NCBI GenBank assembly: GCA_038087875.1
Contig: JAXLNO010000480.1
Location: forward strand, 1-64,000
Direction of reading: 5' to 3'
From: Malacoraja senta
Lineage: Eukaryota
DNA length: 64,000 bases
Shown piece by piece: positions 63,699 to 64,000 of this stretch (positions are counted from its first letter, which is position 1; every line of letters starts with the position of its first letter). The translations under genes and the position numbers were made by a program. Below the pieces are notes generated by a model. It was not told the origin of the DNA, searched no databases, and was given only the letters and a program-made list of their open reading frames with translations.

Positions 63699-64000
63699 GG
63701 CTTAGGAGCCGTTGCTGTGGCCGGAGAGACGGGGACATGAGGCGGGCCATTGAGGGCGGCCAGGGTGCCGGTGAGCCCCCCCCCCATCTGCTCTGTGTGT
63801 GGGCTGAGCTTCGAGGGGCTGAGATTCGATGGGGGACCACATGACGGGGCACAACAAGGAGAAGCGTTATGAGTGTGACGTGTGTGGCAAGGCCTGGCGG
63901 TGCCCGAGCCGGCTGGACATCCACCGCGGGTGCACATGGGAGAACGCCCCTTCGACGGCTCGGAGTGCGACAAGAGCTTCAAGATGGTGAAACAGGTGAA
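63699..64000 (+). CDS. C2H2 (Kruppel-type) zinc-finger exon; runs off the window; frameshifts as assembled
   Basis: Acceptor ttcccctcctgcag|. From 63829 MGDHMTGHNKEKRYECDVCGKAWRCPSRLDIHR, then in a shifted frame RVHMGERPFDGSECDKSFK. Confidence 0.82.

Overview
Repeat-dense vertebrate genomic DNA, most likely from a cartilaginous fish (skate/ray), judged from HER1/CR1-type LINEs, an HE1-type V-SINE and Penelope-derived hairpins. The main host gene is a 10-coding-exon type I Ig-superfamily receptor on the + strand (ATG 37761 to TAA 53324, about 548 aa). It has a leader, V-C2-V-C2 ectodomain, TM segment and a tail with an ITIM plus two further Tyr motifs. Its D3 exon carries single-base indels, either assembly errors or early decay. 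A C2H2 zinc-finger gene starts at the right edge, with a probable CpG-island first exon near 58.2 kb. The first ~7.2 kb is a large inverted duplication of tail-to-tail non-autonomous Helitron copies plus flank. Other elements: many CR1 fragments (one near full length), Rex1/Babar and L1 fragments, a Tc1 MITE, ISL2EU/Harbinger-type non-autonomous elements with THAP exons, local segmental duplications, and 20-, 53- and 91-bp tandem repeats. All calls are by eye; no database searches were run.
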